A stretch of DNA of 64,000 bases from Sulfurimonas sp. (GTDB taxonomy: Bacteria > Campylobacterota > Campylobacteria > Campylobacterales > Sulfurimonadaceae): contig VMSZ01000010.1 of assembly GCA_013791885.1 (NCBI GenBank), forward strand, positions 5,869-69,868, given 5' to 3'. Positions within the stretch are counted from its first letter, which is position 1; the number at the start of each line of letters is the position of its first letter. The notes beneath the pieces were generated by a model, which was not told the origin of the DNA, searched no databases, and saw only the letters and a program-made list of their open reading frames with translations. The translations under genes and the position numbers were made by a program. Shown here piece after piece: positions 39,701 to 49,770 of this stretch.

Positions 39701-41858
39701 ACTTCTCTTTTTATCTTTTCTCTTTGTTTTGATGCTTCACGCAGAAGATAAGGTTGAGATATATGCTTCCTCAATAGATTCAAAAGATAATATAGTAAAC
39801 GCAAGCGGTGATGTTACGGTCATCTATAAGGATTACTTTTTAAACGCCAAAAGTGCAACGTACAATAAAGCAACGGGCGATTTGGAACTTTTTGACAATA
39901 TTCGCGCAACTTATGATGGCGAGTATAGAGTTTTAGGGAGTTATGCAAAATTAAATATAGAAAAAAAAGAGAAAACCTTTAAACCGTTTTTTATGCTTGA
40001 TAACTCTTCTGAAGTTTGGATAAGCGCGAATGAAGGGGTGAACAAAGATAAAGATGTCGACATAGATGCGGGTGTTTTAAGTGGCTGTGAACCTGAAAAC
40101 CCTCTTTGGAAAATGGAGTTCAGTTCCTCTGACTACAACACAGATTCGCAGTGGATGAATCTTTACAATGCAAGACTCTACATTTATGATATTCCTATTT
40201 TATATACCCCTTATTTTGGTTATTCGCTTGACACAAGAAGAAGAACAGGTCTGCTGATACCCTCTATGGGTTTGTCGCAAAGTGAAGGTTTTTTTTATGA
40301 GCAGCCTCTTTATGTTGCCGAGCAGGATTGGTGGGATTTAGAACTAAGACCACAGGTCAGAACGCAACGCGGAAGCGGCGTGTACTCAAAGTTTCGATTC
40401 GTTGACAGTGAAATCTCTGCGGGTGAATTTAGGTTCGGTTATTTTAAAGAAAAAGATGCCTACGTTGAAAAAGAGAACCTGGCCAATAGCAGCCACTATG
40501 GGTATAACTTTAAATATGAAAATAAAGATGTCCTGAATCAGTGGTTTGGAACGCAGTTTCAGGGACAGTCAGGACTCTACACCGACATTAACAAGATGAA
40601 TGACGTTGATTATATTAATCTTTCATCAAATGATACATTTAACACAGCCACATCAACGCAGGTTCTTTCCAGAATCAATCTTTTTTATAATACAAGTAAT
40701 GATTATTTCGGGGCTTATTTTAAATATTATGAAGATTTAACAAAAGCAAGTAACGAAGATACGCTCCAACAGCTTCCGGTGACACATTACCACCATTATT
40801 TGGAGACACTTTTACAAGATCATCTTCTATACAGCGTTGATGCTAGGGCCACAAATATTGAAAGAGAAATAAATAAAACAGCACTACAGACAGATGTTAA
40901 TGTCCCTATTACTCTTTATACCTCTCTTTTTGACGAATATTTGGATGTTTCATATAAAGCAAATCTTTATGGACAACACACAAAATTTAGCTCCAATGAA
41001 GAAGTCTTACTTCCTGGTGTTGATTATAATGACGGTTACTTTGCCAGATACTATCATGTTCTCTCTGCGTCAACAGATTTAACGCGCGCATTTGATGACT
41101 ACACGCATGTAATCTCTTTTTCATCAAAATATACTCTAGGTGGAAATGAGTCAAAAACCGGCTATTATTTAGATCAAAGAGAGTTCTGCTCAGACCCTGA
41201 AAATCTGGATAGTGCCGAGTGTGAGTTTTATAATATTAAAGATATTGATGAGGCCGTTGAGTTTAATATGGCGCAATATTTGTATGATTCTCTAGGCAAA
41301 GAGATTCTTTACCATCGTGTAGCGCAGAAATTTGTTTACGGAACAGAGGAGACAAAAGCAGGTGAGTTTGAGAATGAACTTGATTATCATATAACTGATT
41401 CTCTAAGTATATATAACAACATGTTTTATAATTTTGATCAACACCTTTTTTCAAAAATATTCAATAAGGCTTCCTATGAGGGCTATGGCTTCAACCTCTC
41501 ATTAGGGCATATGTACAGAGATACATTTTTAGCTGACAACGCGAGAACTTTAAGACGTACAAGTTATTTAACATCAATGGCAAGGTATACTTACAATCGA
41601 CATTATTCCTACCATACCAGATATGATTATGATTTGGAATCTTCCCAGAGAAAGAGTTTGGAATTTGGATTTTTATATAAAAAAAGATGCTGGGATTTTG
41701 GCGTGCGTTATGCTGAAAACAACAGACCGGTCTTAACAAATGATGGACAATCCTCCATCTATGACAGATATGTATATTTTACAATTGTGCTCAAGCCGTT
41801 TATGACTTCTACAAAAGATTTCGGAGAGTCAAATATAGCTATGAGGCTCAATGAATAA
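39693..41858 (+). CDS. lptD: LPS assembly protein LptD
   Basis: Signal peptide, PILYTPY, RRTGLLIP, C-terminal CW; aromatic beta-barrel pattern. Confidence 0.88.
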   Translation: MYKLLFLSFLFVLMLHAEDKVEIYASSIDSKDNIVNASGDVTVIYKDYFLNAKSATYNKATGDLELFDNIRATYDGEYRVLGSYAKLNIEKKEKTFKPFFMLDNSSEVWISANEGVNKDKDVDIDAGVLSGCEPENPLWKMEFSSSDYNTDSQWMNLYNARLYIYDIPILYTPYFGYSLDTRRRTGLLIPSMGLSQSEGFFYEQPLYVAEQDWWDLELRPQVRTQRGSGVYSKFRFVDSEISAGEFRFGYFKEKDAYVEKENLANSSHYGYNFKYENKDVLNQWFGTQFQGQSGLYTDINKMNDVDYINLSSNDTFNTATSTQVLSRINLFYNTSNDYFGAYFKYYEDLTKASNEDTLQQLPVTHYHHYLETLLQDHLLYSVDARATNIEREINKTALQTDVNVPITLYTSLFDEYLDVSYKANLYGQHTKFSSNEEVLLPGVDYNDGYFARYYHVLSASTDLTRAFDDYTHVISFSSKYTLGGNESKTGYYLDQREFCSDPENLDSAECEFYNIKDIDEAVEFNMAQYLYDSLGKEILYHRVAQKFVYGTEETKAGEFENELDYHITDSLSIYNNMFYNFDQHLFSKIFNKASYEGYGFNLSLGHMYRDTFLADNARTLRRTSYLTSMARYTYNRHYSYHTRYDYDLESSQRKSLEFGFLYKKRCWDFGVRYAENNRPVLTNDGQSSIYDRYVYFTIVLKPFMTSTKDFGESNIAMRLNE

Positions 41859-41877
41859 GCAAAAGTGATGGAGTCAA

Positions 41878-42534
41878 ATGAAAGAATATAAAAATATTTT
41901 GCATGATCGTCAAGATGCTGCTAAAAAACTTATAGATCTTATTCCGATGCAAAAGTTTAAAGAAGAAGCGTGGAAGATAATTGCTGTTTCTTCCGGGGGT
42001 TTGCTCCTTGGTTCATATCTCCGAGGAAGATATTCAAATAAATTAGATTTTCTTTTTTCGGAAGCTATTATGGCTCCGAATAATCATGAGTGTGAAATAG
42101 CGCGCGTAAGTGAAAATGAAGAGATAGTTATTAATGAAGAGTTGGTTGCATCTTTTGATATAAAATATGATTATATTTATGGAGAAGCAAGACGCAAGCA
42201 TGAAGAAGAGATACTCAGCTGCGTTTATCAGTACAGAAAAGGACGTCATTTTTCATCCATTGAAGGAGAAGTTATTTTACTTGTTGATGAAGGAAGTGAG
42301 ACAGGCTCAAAGCTCATGTCTGCTTTAAAAACGATACTTTCTCAAAAACCAAAGGCAGTGCATATAGCCGTACCGGTTATTCCAAGTGATGTTTTAGAGT
42401 CCTTGGAAGCATTCGCAGATAATGTCTATTTTCTTTATGACATAGACGATTATGTAGAAACGCGACTTTATTATAAAGAGTTTGAAAAAGTAGACGAAGA
42501 AACAATAGAAAAATTATTAGAGGAACATAAATGA
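41878..42534 (+). CDS. Phosphoribosyltransferase-like protein
   Basis: DRQDAA, VILLVDEGSETG (variant PRPP loop), IAVPV. Confidence 0.75.
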   Translation: MKEYKNILHDRQDAAKKLIDLIPMQKFKEEAWKIIAVSSGGLLLGSYLRGRYSNKLDFLFSEAIMAPNNHECEIARVSENEEIVINEELVASFDIKYDYIYGEARRKHEEEILSCVYQYRKGRHFSSIEGEVILLVDEGSETGSKLMSALKTILSQKPKAVHIAVPVIPSDVLESLEAFADNVYFLYDIDDYVETRLYYKEFEKVDEETIEKLLEEHK

Positions 42535-44711
42535 AATACGATGTAAAAGTAGAGTTAGAAAATAGAGTAGAAGAGTACTCATTTGGATATGTGGCAAAAC
42601 AGACAAACGGCTCAGCATGGTTGAAATCCGGAAATACAGTTATTTTGGCTACAGTAGTTATTGATGAAACAGAAATAGTAAAAGATGACTTTTTGCCTTT
42701 AACTGTGCAATACATAGAGAAAAGTTATGCGGCAGGAAAAATACCGGGCGGTTTCTTTAAGCGTGAAACAAAACCAAGTGACTTTGAAACATTGACTTCA
42801 CGTATTGTAGACCGTTCATTGCGTCCTCTTTTTCCAAAAGGTTTTGGCTATCCAACACAGATTACTATTATGGTTTTTAGTGCCGACAAAGAGTCAGATT
42901 TACAAATTTTAGCACTAAACGCAGCTTCAGCAGCACTTTACACTTCCGACATAGATATTAATCGTTCTGTCTCTGCTGTAAGAGCTGCAAAGATTGATGG
43001 GGAGTTGGTTTTAAATCCTGCACTTTCACAATTAAATGACTCTACGCTAGATTTATATCTTTCAGGGACAAACAGTGAACTCTTAATGATTGAGATGAGA
43101 AGTATCGGTGGAGCGGAAGTAGATGTAGTTGATGCCTATATTGATCCAATGTTTGATCCTACAATCGGTGGAAATATAATTTCTAAACATGTATCAAACG
43201 CAATCAATGAAGATGAACTTATAGAAGTGTTTGCAAAAACTGAAAAACTTCTTTTTGCAAGTAATGCACAGTATGAACAAGCCTTTGCTATGTTTAAGAA
43301 AGAGACAGTTGCTATAGAGTATAAAGCGCATGTTATTAATGATGAAATGGTTACTTACATAAAAGAGAACCATATGGAGCAGATTCATGCTGCTATGAAT
43401 CATATGGCGAAATCTGAGCGTTCAACGGCTCTAAGACAACTCAGAAAAAGTATCGTAGCGACTAAAACTGAGTGGGCAACTGTAGAAGAAGAAGTTGCTC
43501 TTAAAGATGCAATTGAAAAAGTTAAAAAAGAGCAGGTAAGAGGACAAATTCTTAATGAAAGAGTTCGTGCAGACGGAAGAGCGTTAAATGAGATTAGACC
43601 AATAACGATTGACACAAATGTTCTTCCAAGCGCACATGCATCATGTCTCTTTACCCGCGGTCAAACGCAAGCTCTTGTAGTCCTGACAATGGGCGGGCCA
43701 AAAGATGCTCAAATGTTTGAAGGTCTAACGGATGATTCTACACAAAATGAGAACTTTATGGTTCACTACAACTTTCCTGGTTTTTCTGTAGGGGAAGCTT
43801 CTCCGGTCACTGGGACAAAAAGACGCGAACTTGGACATGGAAATCTTGCGAAACGTGCTTTAGAACCTATTGTAAACTTAGATGGTCAGACAGTGCGCTT
43901 GGTGTCTGAGATTTTAGAATCAAATGGCTCATCATCTATGGCAACAGTATGCGGCGGTTATATGGCTCTTCGTGCAGCAGATATTGAAACAAGCGACACT
44001 GTAGCCGGTATTGCTATGGGAATGGTAAGTGAAAATGGCAAGTACGCAATTCTTTCAGATATCATGGGTCTTGAAGACCATGATGGAGATATGGACTTTA
44101 AAGTAACAGGTTCAAAAGAGGGCATTACTGCAATGCAGATGGATATTAAGCTTGGCGGAATCTCTCTGGATGTTTTAAAAGAGGCACTTTACCAAGCGAA
44201 AGAGGGAAGAGCGCATATTATTGACATCATGCTTGAAGCGGAAAAAGATATTGAATTTAATGACGGCGTTTTACCAAGTGTAGACTTTTTTCATATTGAT
44301 CCGGGCTTTATTGGTGAGATTATTGGCCAGGCAGGTAAAACTATTCGTGAAATCATAGAGAAATTTGAAGTAGCGATAGATATTGACAAAAAAGACGGAA
44401 AAGTTAAAATTACGGGTAAAAATAAAGCAGGTGTAGCCGGTGCTAGAGACCACATTGAAACAATTGTGAGTGTTCCAAAACAGGCCAAAATTAAGTATGA
44501 AGTCGGTGATAAATATGAAGGTACCGTCAAAAAGATTGTTGACTTTGGTGCGTTTATAGAACTCCCAGATGGAACTGACGGACTCATTCATATTTCTAAG
44601 ATTTCAGATGACAGAGTTGAGAAGGTTTCAGACGTACTAAAAGAGGGTGAAAAAATAGCAGTTGAAATTTTAGAATTCAAAGGCAATAAGATTTCTTTAG
44701 GCCGTGCCTAG
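42531..44711 (+). CDS. pnp: Polyribonucleotide nucleotidyltransferase
   Basis: GKIPGGFFKRE, FTRGQTQ, ESNGSSSMA, GDMDFKV; KH and S1 domains. Confidence 0.98.
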   Translation: MKYDVKVELENRVEEYSFGYVAKQTNGSAWLKSGNTVILATVVIDETEIVKDDFLPLTVQYIEKSYAAGKIPGGFFKRETKPSDFETLTSRIVDRSLRPLFPKGFGYPTQITIMVFSADKESDLQILALNAASAALYTSDIDINRSVSAVRAAKIDGELVLNPALSQLNDSTLDLYLSGTNSELLMIEMRSIGGAEVDVVDAYIDPMFDPTIGGNIISKHVSNAINEDELIEVFAKTEKLLFASNAQYEQAFAMFKKETVAIEYKAHVINDEMVTYIKENHMEQIHAAMNHMAKSERSTALRQLRKSIVATKTEWATVEEEVALKDAIEKVKKEQVRGQILNERVRADGRALNEIRPITIDTNVLPSAHASCLFTRGQTQALVVLTMGGPKDAQMFEGLTDDSTQNENFMVHYNFPGFSVGEASPVTGTKRRELGHGNLAKRALEPIVNLDGQTVRLVSEILESNGSSSMATVCGGYMALRAADIETSDTVAGIAMGMVSENGKYAILSDIMGLEDHDGDMDFKVTGSKEGITAMQMDIKLGGISLDVLKEALYQAKEGRAHIIDIMLEAEKDIEFNDGVLPSVDFFHIDPGFIGEIIGQAGKTIREIIEKFEVAIDIDKKDGKVKITGKNKAGVAGARDHIETIVSVPKQAKIKYEVGDKYEGTVKKIVDFGAFIELPDGTDGLIHISKISDDRVEKVSDVLKEGEKIAVEILEFKGNKISLGRA

Positions 44712-44854
44712 TTTAAACTAAAATTTAGTAGTTATTGAATATACTTCGCCATCAATTTCTAGTAGGGAAATCTGAGCATTTATGTTTGGGTTGCTTCATT
44801 GCAAGATGGGGTTACGCTATCCGAAAGTTTTTGTAATAATTTCAGGAGATATAC

Positions 44855-45169
44855 ATGAAAAAAATTCTTTTCTTAATGCTTGCATTAACAGTTGCTGCAT
44901 TCGCTAATGATGGTGATGTTGCAAACCAAACTCTTAAAGCATACTCAATGATCGCTGCTGGTCTTGGTCTTGGTTTAGCTGCTTTAGGTGGAGCAATCGG
45001 TATGGGTCATACTGCTGCTGCAACTATCGCTGGTACTGCTCGTAACCCAGGTTTAGGTGCTAAACTTATGACTACAATGTTCATCGCTCTTGCAATGATT
45101 GAAGCTCAAGTTATCTATGCACTAGTAATTGCGTTAATCGCACTTTACGCAAACCCTTACTTAGGTTAA
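44855..45169 (+). CDS. atpE: F0F1 ATP synthase subunit c with N-terminal signal-like extension
   Basis: GLGLGLAALGGAIG, ARNP loop, ion-binding Glu in IEAQVIY. Confidence 0.95.
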   Translation: MKKILFLMLALTVAAFANDGDVANQTLKAYSMIAAGLGLGLAALGGAIGMGHTAAATIAGTARNPGLGAKLMTTMFIALAMIEAQVIYALVIALIALYANPYLG

Positions 45170-45231
45170 TCACCAAAGTAAATCCCGTCAACCTCTTTAG
45201 GTTGACACCCTTTACACCTTTTCTAATACAT

Positions 45232-45316
45232 GCGACCGTGGTGGAACGGTAGACACGCTACCTTGAGGTGGTAGTGCCTTACGGGTGTGGGAGTTCAAAT
45301 CTCCCCGGTCGCACCA
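45232..45316 (+). tRNA. tRNA-Leu (anticodon GAG)
   Basis: GCGACCG/CGGTCGC acceptor stem, ctacc-ttGAGgt-ggtag anticodon arm, long variable arm, GTTCAAAT, encoded CCA. Confidence 0.95.
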
Positions 45317-45484
45317 TCTTCTTCAACTTTATAATCACATTTGTCACTCATGATACAAAAAATCACATTTTTATCTCTTAATCATACTATATTTGAAAAA
45401 TAGTACTATAATAAATCTTTCTTATTTTAAAATGAAATTCTATTATAAATTGTATTTGTTTATTTTAAATCAGCAGGGGTTTTT

Positions 45485-47320
45485 GTGAGTAGTTTTAGTG
45501 TTAAAAATCAAACACTTTTATTTATCTCTTTCATATTCATAGTTTTTTCCGGAATACTTTTAAGTATTGTTTATGTGCAAAAAGAGAATCGATTAGTTCA
45601 ACTTGAAGATGAGCATTATGATGATATAAAATTTATGCATGATAAATTACTGCATAAGGAAATAGATTTTTACACAAATAGAATCAAGGCAAATATAAAT
45701 TCTGCAGGGGTAAAAGAAGCACTTCTCCATAAAGACAGAGAAAAACTTTATAAACTTTCTTTAGGAAGATTCAATACACTTAAAAATGAAAATTTAAATT
45801 TTACAAGTATGAATTTTTACACAAAAGAGGGATACTCACTTCTAAAAATGAATGACAAAGATTTTTATGGAGAAAACGCAGTAAAAAATTTCAGGATGCT
45901 GCAAGAACTGCAAACTACAAAAAAAGCACTGAGTGGATTTGAATTTTATAATGAAAGTTTGGCATTTAGAATTATGCTGCCTGTTTTTTACAATGAAGAA
46001 TACATTGGTGCATTAGAGTTTACTATTGAGCCTCAGTATATTTTAAATGAGATGGATGAGTACTACAACGTAGAAGGTGTTTTATTGGTTAAACGCAAGC
46101 TAGGTGTACAGGAAAATAAAGATGAAAACAAATTTAATAAGTATAAACTCGCCTATAATATCCTTGACAGTGCAAGACTCTTAAGTGAAATTAGCAGTGA
46201 ACATGACATTGAAACGATAAAAAAAATACGAGTTAATATAGATGAGGTTTATAGTATCTATGCCTTTGACATCATAGACATAGATTCCAAACTATTAGCA
46301 AAAATAGTTTTTGTACAAAATATTACAAAAGAGATAGAAAATTTTCAAAATGAAATGAAACATATTAGTCTTTTGTTACTGTTGGCTTTGATTGTAACAC
46401 TTATATTCGTCAATTTTGGATTTAATAGAAGTATTAAAAATCTAGAAAATAATTATGTTGATATCAGCCAATATAAAAATCTTATTGATGAAAATCTGAT
46501 GACACTCTCTACTAATTTACACGGGCTTATTACAGAAGTGAGTGATGCCTTTTGTTTTATTAGTAAGTTTAATAAAAATGAACTTGTCGGAATAAATATT
46601 AGATTGTTATTACATCAGGATGTTTTGCGAAACGAATACAGTCAGATTCTAAAAGAATTAAAAAAAACAGGCTCATGGCATGGAGAAATACAACAACTAA
46701 AACAAGATGGACATACTTTTTGGGTTTATGCAAATATCCAGCTTAAATTTAAAAATAATACCATCATTGGATACGACACTGTTATGCATGATATCACAGA
46801 AAAAAAGATGAATGAAGAGTTGATGATAACAGATGGACTAACACACATTTACAATAGAAGGTACTTTAATGAGATTCTTCCAAGAGCAATAAACAGCGTA
46901 AAGAGGGATGGAGGATATTTGAGTCTTGTTGTGTTGGATATAGATCACTTTAAAGAGTATAACGACATGTATGGTCATATTCAGGGAGACTATGCTTTGG
47001 TTGAAGTTGCAAAAGCGTTACGCTCCTCTTTGCACCGTCCAGATGATTACTGTTTTAGATTAGGCGGAGAGGAATTTGCTATTATATTTAAAAGTGCAGA
47101 TAAAAATGATGCAGAATATTTTGTTAAAACAATCAGAGAAAATATTTTACAATTAGACTTAAAGCATGAAAAAAATTCCACATTTAAAATCGTTACAGCC
47201 TCTTTTGGAGTTGTCACATTAAATAGTAAAACACTGGGTAATTGGGAAGATATGTACAAGCAAGCAGATGATAAAATGTATATGGCTAAAAATAACGGCA
47301 GAAATACTATAGAGTTTTAA
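45485..47320 (+). CDS. Diguanylate cyclase (periplasmic Cache-like sensor, PAS, GGDEF)
   Basis: Two TM segments, PAS (WHGEI..KQDG..FWV), DGLT, DIDHFK, RPDD I-site, GGEEF. Confidence 0.9.
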   Translation: MSSFSVKNQTLLFISFIFIVFSGILLSIVYVQKENRLVQLEDEHYDDIKFMHDKLLHKEIDFYTNRIKANINSAGVKEALLHKDREKLYKLSLGRFNTLKNENLNFTSMNFYTKEGYSLLKMNDKDFYGENAVKNFRMLQELQTTKKALSGFEFYNESLAFRIMLPVFYNEEYIGALEFTIEPQYILNEMDEYYNVEGVLLVKRKLGVQENKDENKFNKYKLAYNILDSARLLSEISSEHDIETIKKIRVNIDEVYSIYAFDIIDIDSKLLAKIVFVQNITKEIENFQNEMKHISLLLLLALIVTLIFVNFGFNRSIKNLENNYVDISQYKNLIDENLMTLSTNLHGLITEVSDAFCFISKFNKNELVGINIRLLLHQDVLRNEYSQILKELKKTGSWHGEIQQLKQDGHTFWVYANIQLKFKNNTIIGYDTVMHDITEKKMNEELMITDGLTHIYNRRYFNEILPRAINSVKRDGGYLSLVVLDIDHFKEYNDMYGHIQGDYALVEVAKALRSSLHRPDDYCFRLGGEEFAIIFKSADKNDAEYFVKTIRENILQLDLKHEKNSTFKIVTASFGVVTLNSKTLGNWEDMYKQADDKMYMAKNNGRNTIEF

Positions 47321-47325
47321 AGCGA

Positions 47326-47784
47326 ATGAAGTCGGTTCTTTTTGTATGTCTTGGAAATATTTGCCGTTCACCGCTTGCGGAAGGTTACGCAAGAAAAGTA
47401 GTTTTAGAAAATAAGCTCGATATAGTCATAGACTCGGCTGGAACGGGTAATTGGCACGTAGGAGAAGCACCATGTGAGAATTCTATTCGTGTTGGTTTGG
47501 CTCATGGCATAGATATTGCATATTTAAAAGCAAGACAGGTAAAAAAAGAAGATTTCAATCATTTTGATTTAATTGTTGCACTAGATGAAAATAACTACAG
47601 GGATTTAAAAAAAAGCGGAGCTAAAAATCTTGTAAAACTTGGAGATTACGGGTATAAGGGTAAAGACGTCCCTGACCCCTATTTTTTTGATGGGTTTGAA
47701 GGTTTTGAAGAAGTATATAAAATGATAGAGATTTGCGTCAACAAGCTTTTTAGTGTAAACTCTCAAATAAAGGATAAAGTATGA
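47326..47784 (+). CDS. Low molecular weight protein-tyrosine phosphatase
   Basis: VCLGNICRS P-loop, DPY. Confidence 0.95.
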   Translation: MKSVLFVCLGNICRSPLAEGYARKVVLENKLDIVIDSAGTGNWHVGEAPCENSIRVGLAHGIDIAYLKARQVKKEDFNHFDLIVALDENNYRDLKKSGAKNLVKLGDYGYKGKDVPDPYFFDGFEGFEEVYKMIEICVNKLFSVNSQIKDKV

Positions 47785-48707
47785 AAATAGCGAATAATAT
47801 TACAGAACTTATAGGAAATACTCCACTTGTTAGACTTAACACTCCTTCGGAACTTACCGGTGCGACCATTTTGGGTAAGTGTGAGTTTATGAATCCAACG
47901 AGTTCCGTCAAAGACAGAATAGGGTTTAATATGATTAGACGAGCACAAGAGGCTGGAAAAATAACGCAGGAAACTACAATTATAGAACCGACAAGTGGTA
48001 ATACAGGGATAGCACTTGCAGCTAACTGCGCAGCACAAAATTTAAAACTTATATTAACTATGCCTGAATCTATGAGTGTAGAAAGACGCAATTTACTCAA
48101 AGCTTTAGGGGCAACGCTTGTTTTGACACCTGCAGCGCAAGGGATGAGCGGAGCAATAGCAAAAGCACAACAGCTTCAGCTCGAAACACCAAACAGTATT
48201 ATTCTACAACAATTTCAAAATAGCTCAAATCCTGAAATTCATACCTTAACAACTGCAAGAGAAATTTTGAATGACACAGACAAAAATGTAGATGCGTTTG
48301 TAGCAGCCGTAGGAACAGGAGGCACTTTAACTGGAACTTCCCGCGTTTTAAGAGAAGAAATAGCTCATATAGCTATTTTTGCAGTTGAACCTGAATCATC
48401 GGCTGTTTTATCCGGAGCAAACGCAGGTCCTCACATGATTCAGGGAATCGGAGCAGGATTTATACCAGACATTTTAGATACTTCTATTTATGGCGAAGTT
48501 ATTAAAGTAAGTAATGAGGATGCAATAAATACTGCAAAAATGTTAGCGAAGAAAGAGGGCTTGCTTGTAGGGATTTCTGCAGGTGCAAATGTTTGGGCAA
48601 CTATGCAGGTAGCTTCAAGACCGGAATTTCAAGGAAAAACTTTAGTGACTATCTTGTGTGATACCGGTGAGCGATATTTAAGCACAGCACTTTTTAGTGA
48701 AGCATAA
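47781..48707 (+). CDS. cysK: Cysteine synthase A
   Basis: IGNTPLV, SVKDRI, EPTSGNTGI, HMIQGIGAGF. Confidence 0.95.
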   Translation: MKIANNITELIGNTPLVRLNTPSELTGATILGKCEFMNPTSSVKDRIGFNMIRRAQEAGKITQETTIIEPTSGNTGIALAANCAAQNLKLILTMPESMSVERRNLLKALGATLVLTPAAQGMSGAIAKAQQLQLETPNSIILQQFQNSSNPEIHTLTTAREILNDTDKNVDAFVAAVGTGGTLTGTSRVLREEIAHIAIFAVEPESSAVLSGANAGPHMIQGIGAGFIPDILDTSIYGEVIKVSNEDAINTAKMLAKKEGLLVGISAGANVWATMQVASRPEFQGKTLVTILCDTGERYLSTALFSEA

Positions 48708-49287
48708 GTTTTTTGAGACTATCAAAGCACTTGATGGTCAAATTTTTCACTTGCGATACCATCAAGAACGCTACGAAAGTGTTTTAAAATCATTAGGTAT
48801 GACCGAGTTTAAAACACTCTTAGAATACCTACACCCTCCTCACAAAGGATTGTATAAATGCCGTGTAGTATATGATGAAAATTCTCTTGAAGTTAGCTAC
48901 TCTGAGTATGTAAAAAGAGATGTCAAAAAAGTTAAGCTTGTCTATGATGATTCCATAGAATATGCACAAAAAGCCATTAATAGAGAGAATATTGATGCTT
49001 TATTTGGACTAAGAGAGGGTTGTGATGATGTGCTTATTGTCAAAAATTCTTTCATTACAGATACCTCTATTGCTAATGTTGCATTTTACAAAGAAGGAAT
49101 TTGGTATACACCAAGAACACCTCTTTTGAACGGGACTACGAGAGCGAGACTTTTAGAGATGAAAAAAATAGTTGAAGCGGATATACGAGAAGCAGATTTA
49201 AAAAAATATACCGGGGTGGCTCTTTTGAATGCAATGATAGAATTCGATATAATTACGCAAGAAAACGCAGGGGAAATCATTTGTTAG
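48697..49287 (+). CDS. Class IV aminotransferase-like protein (PabC-like)
   Basis: FETI, HQER, TDTSIANV, LLNGTTR. Confidence 0.75.
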   Translation: MKHKFFETIKALDGQIFHLRYHQERYESVLKSLGMTEFKTLLEYLHPPHKGLYKCRVVYDENSLEVSYSEYVKRDVKKVKLVYDDSIEYAQKAINRENIDALFGLREGCDDVLIVKNSFITDTSIANVAFYKEGIWYTPRTPLLNGTTRARLLEMKKIVEADIREADLKKYTGVALLNAMIEFDIITQENAGEIIC

Positions 49288-49739
49288 AAAATGTAATAGA
49301 GAATAAAAATTTTGCTTTAATGATGAAGAGACACATCGGGGAGTTGGTGGTTCATTTTTTTGAGCAGGAACAAAACTTTGGTATTTTGTGCAAGGTGGAT
49401 GATGTACAGTTTGAACCTGCTCTGCCTGAGAGTATAAAATCTGAATTTCGTTCTTTAACACTCTTCTTTTTAGCCGGTTATACTTTTGAAACAGCTCGTA
49501 TTGACGATGACTTTATTATCTTTGAAGCGGGCTTTGGTGCTGATAATTTTGGAAGTCTTGTGAGTGTGCCACTTCTTAGCATCATGCAGGTAATAGTAGA
49601 CGAAACACCGGTATTGATTAATTTGGCAAGATATATACATGAGCCGGTCGTGGAAAAAGAAGTTGATGAAAACGGAGTGAAAAACTCTATGGATGTATTT
49701 TTATCAAATCCGGAAAATTCCAAATTTTTAAAAAAGTAG
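49281..49739 (+). CDS. Hypothetical protein with SspB-like sequence pattern
   Basis: Coupled ORF with TTG start; FEAGFG...VSVPLLSI resembles the SspB core. Confidence 0.55.
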   Translation: MLENVIENKNFALMMKRHIGELVVHFFEQEQNFGILCKVDDVQFEPALPESIKSEFRSLTLFFLAGYTFETARIDDDFIIFEAGFGADNFGSLVSVPLLSIMQVIVDETPVLINLARYIHEPVVEKEVDENGVKNSMDVFLSNPENSKFLKK

Positions 49740-49747
49740 ACTTATCA

Positions 49748-49768
49748 TTGTCTCTCTGAGAGAGACAA
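49748..49768. terminator. Hairpin between convergent genes
   Basis: ttgtctctct-g-agagagacaa. Confidence 0.6.
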
Positions 49769-49770
49769 GA

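Noticed and set aside
44855..45169. Isolated atpE with a signal-peptide-like extension as a novelty
   Set aside because: A split atp operon and an extended subunit c are already known in Campylobacterota
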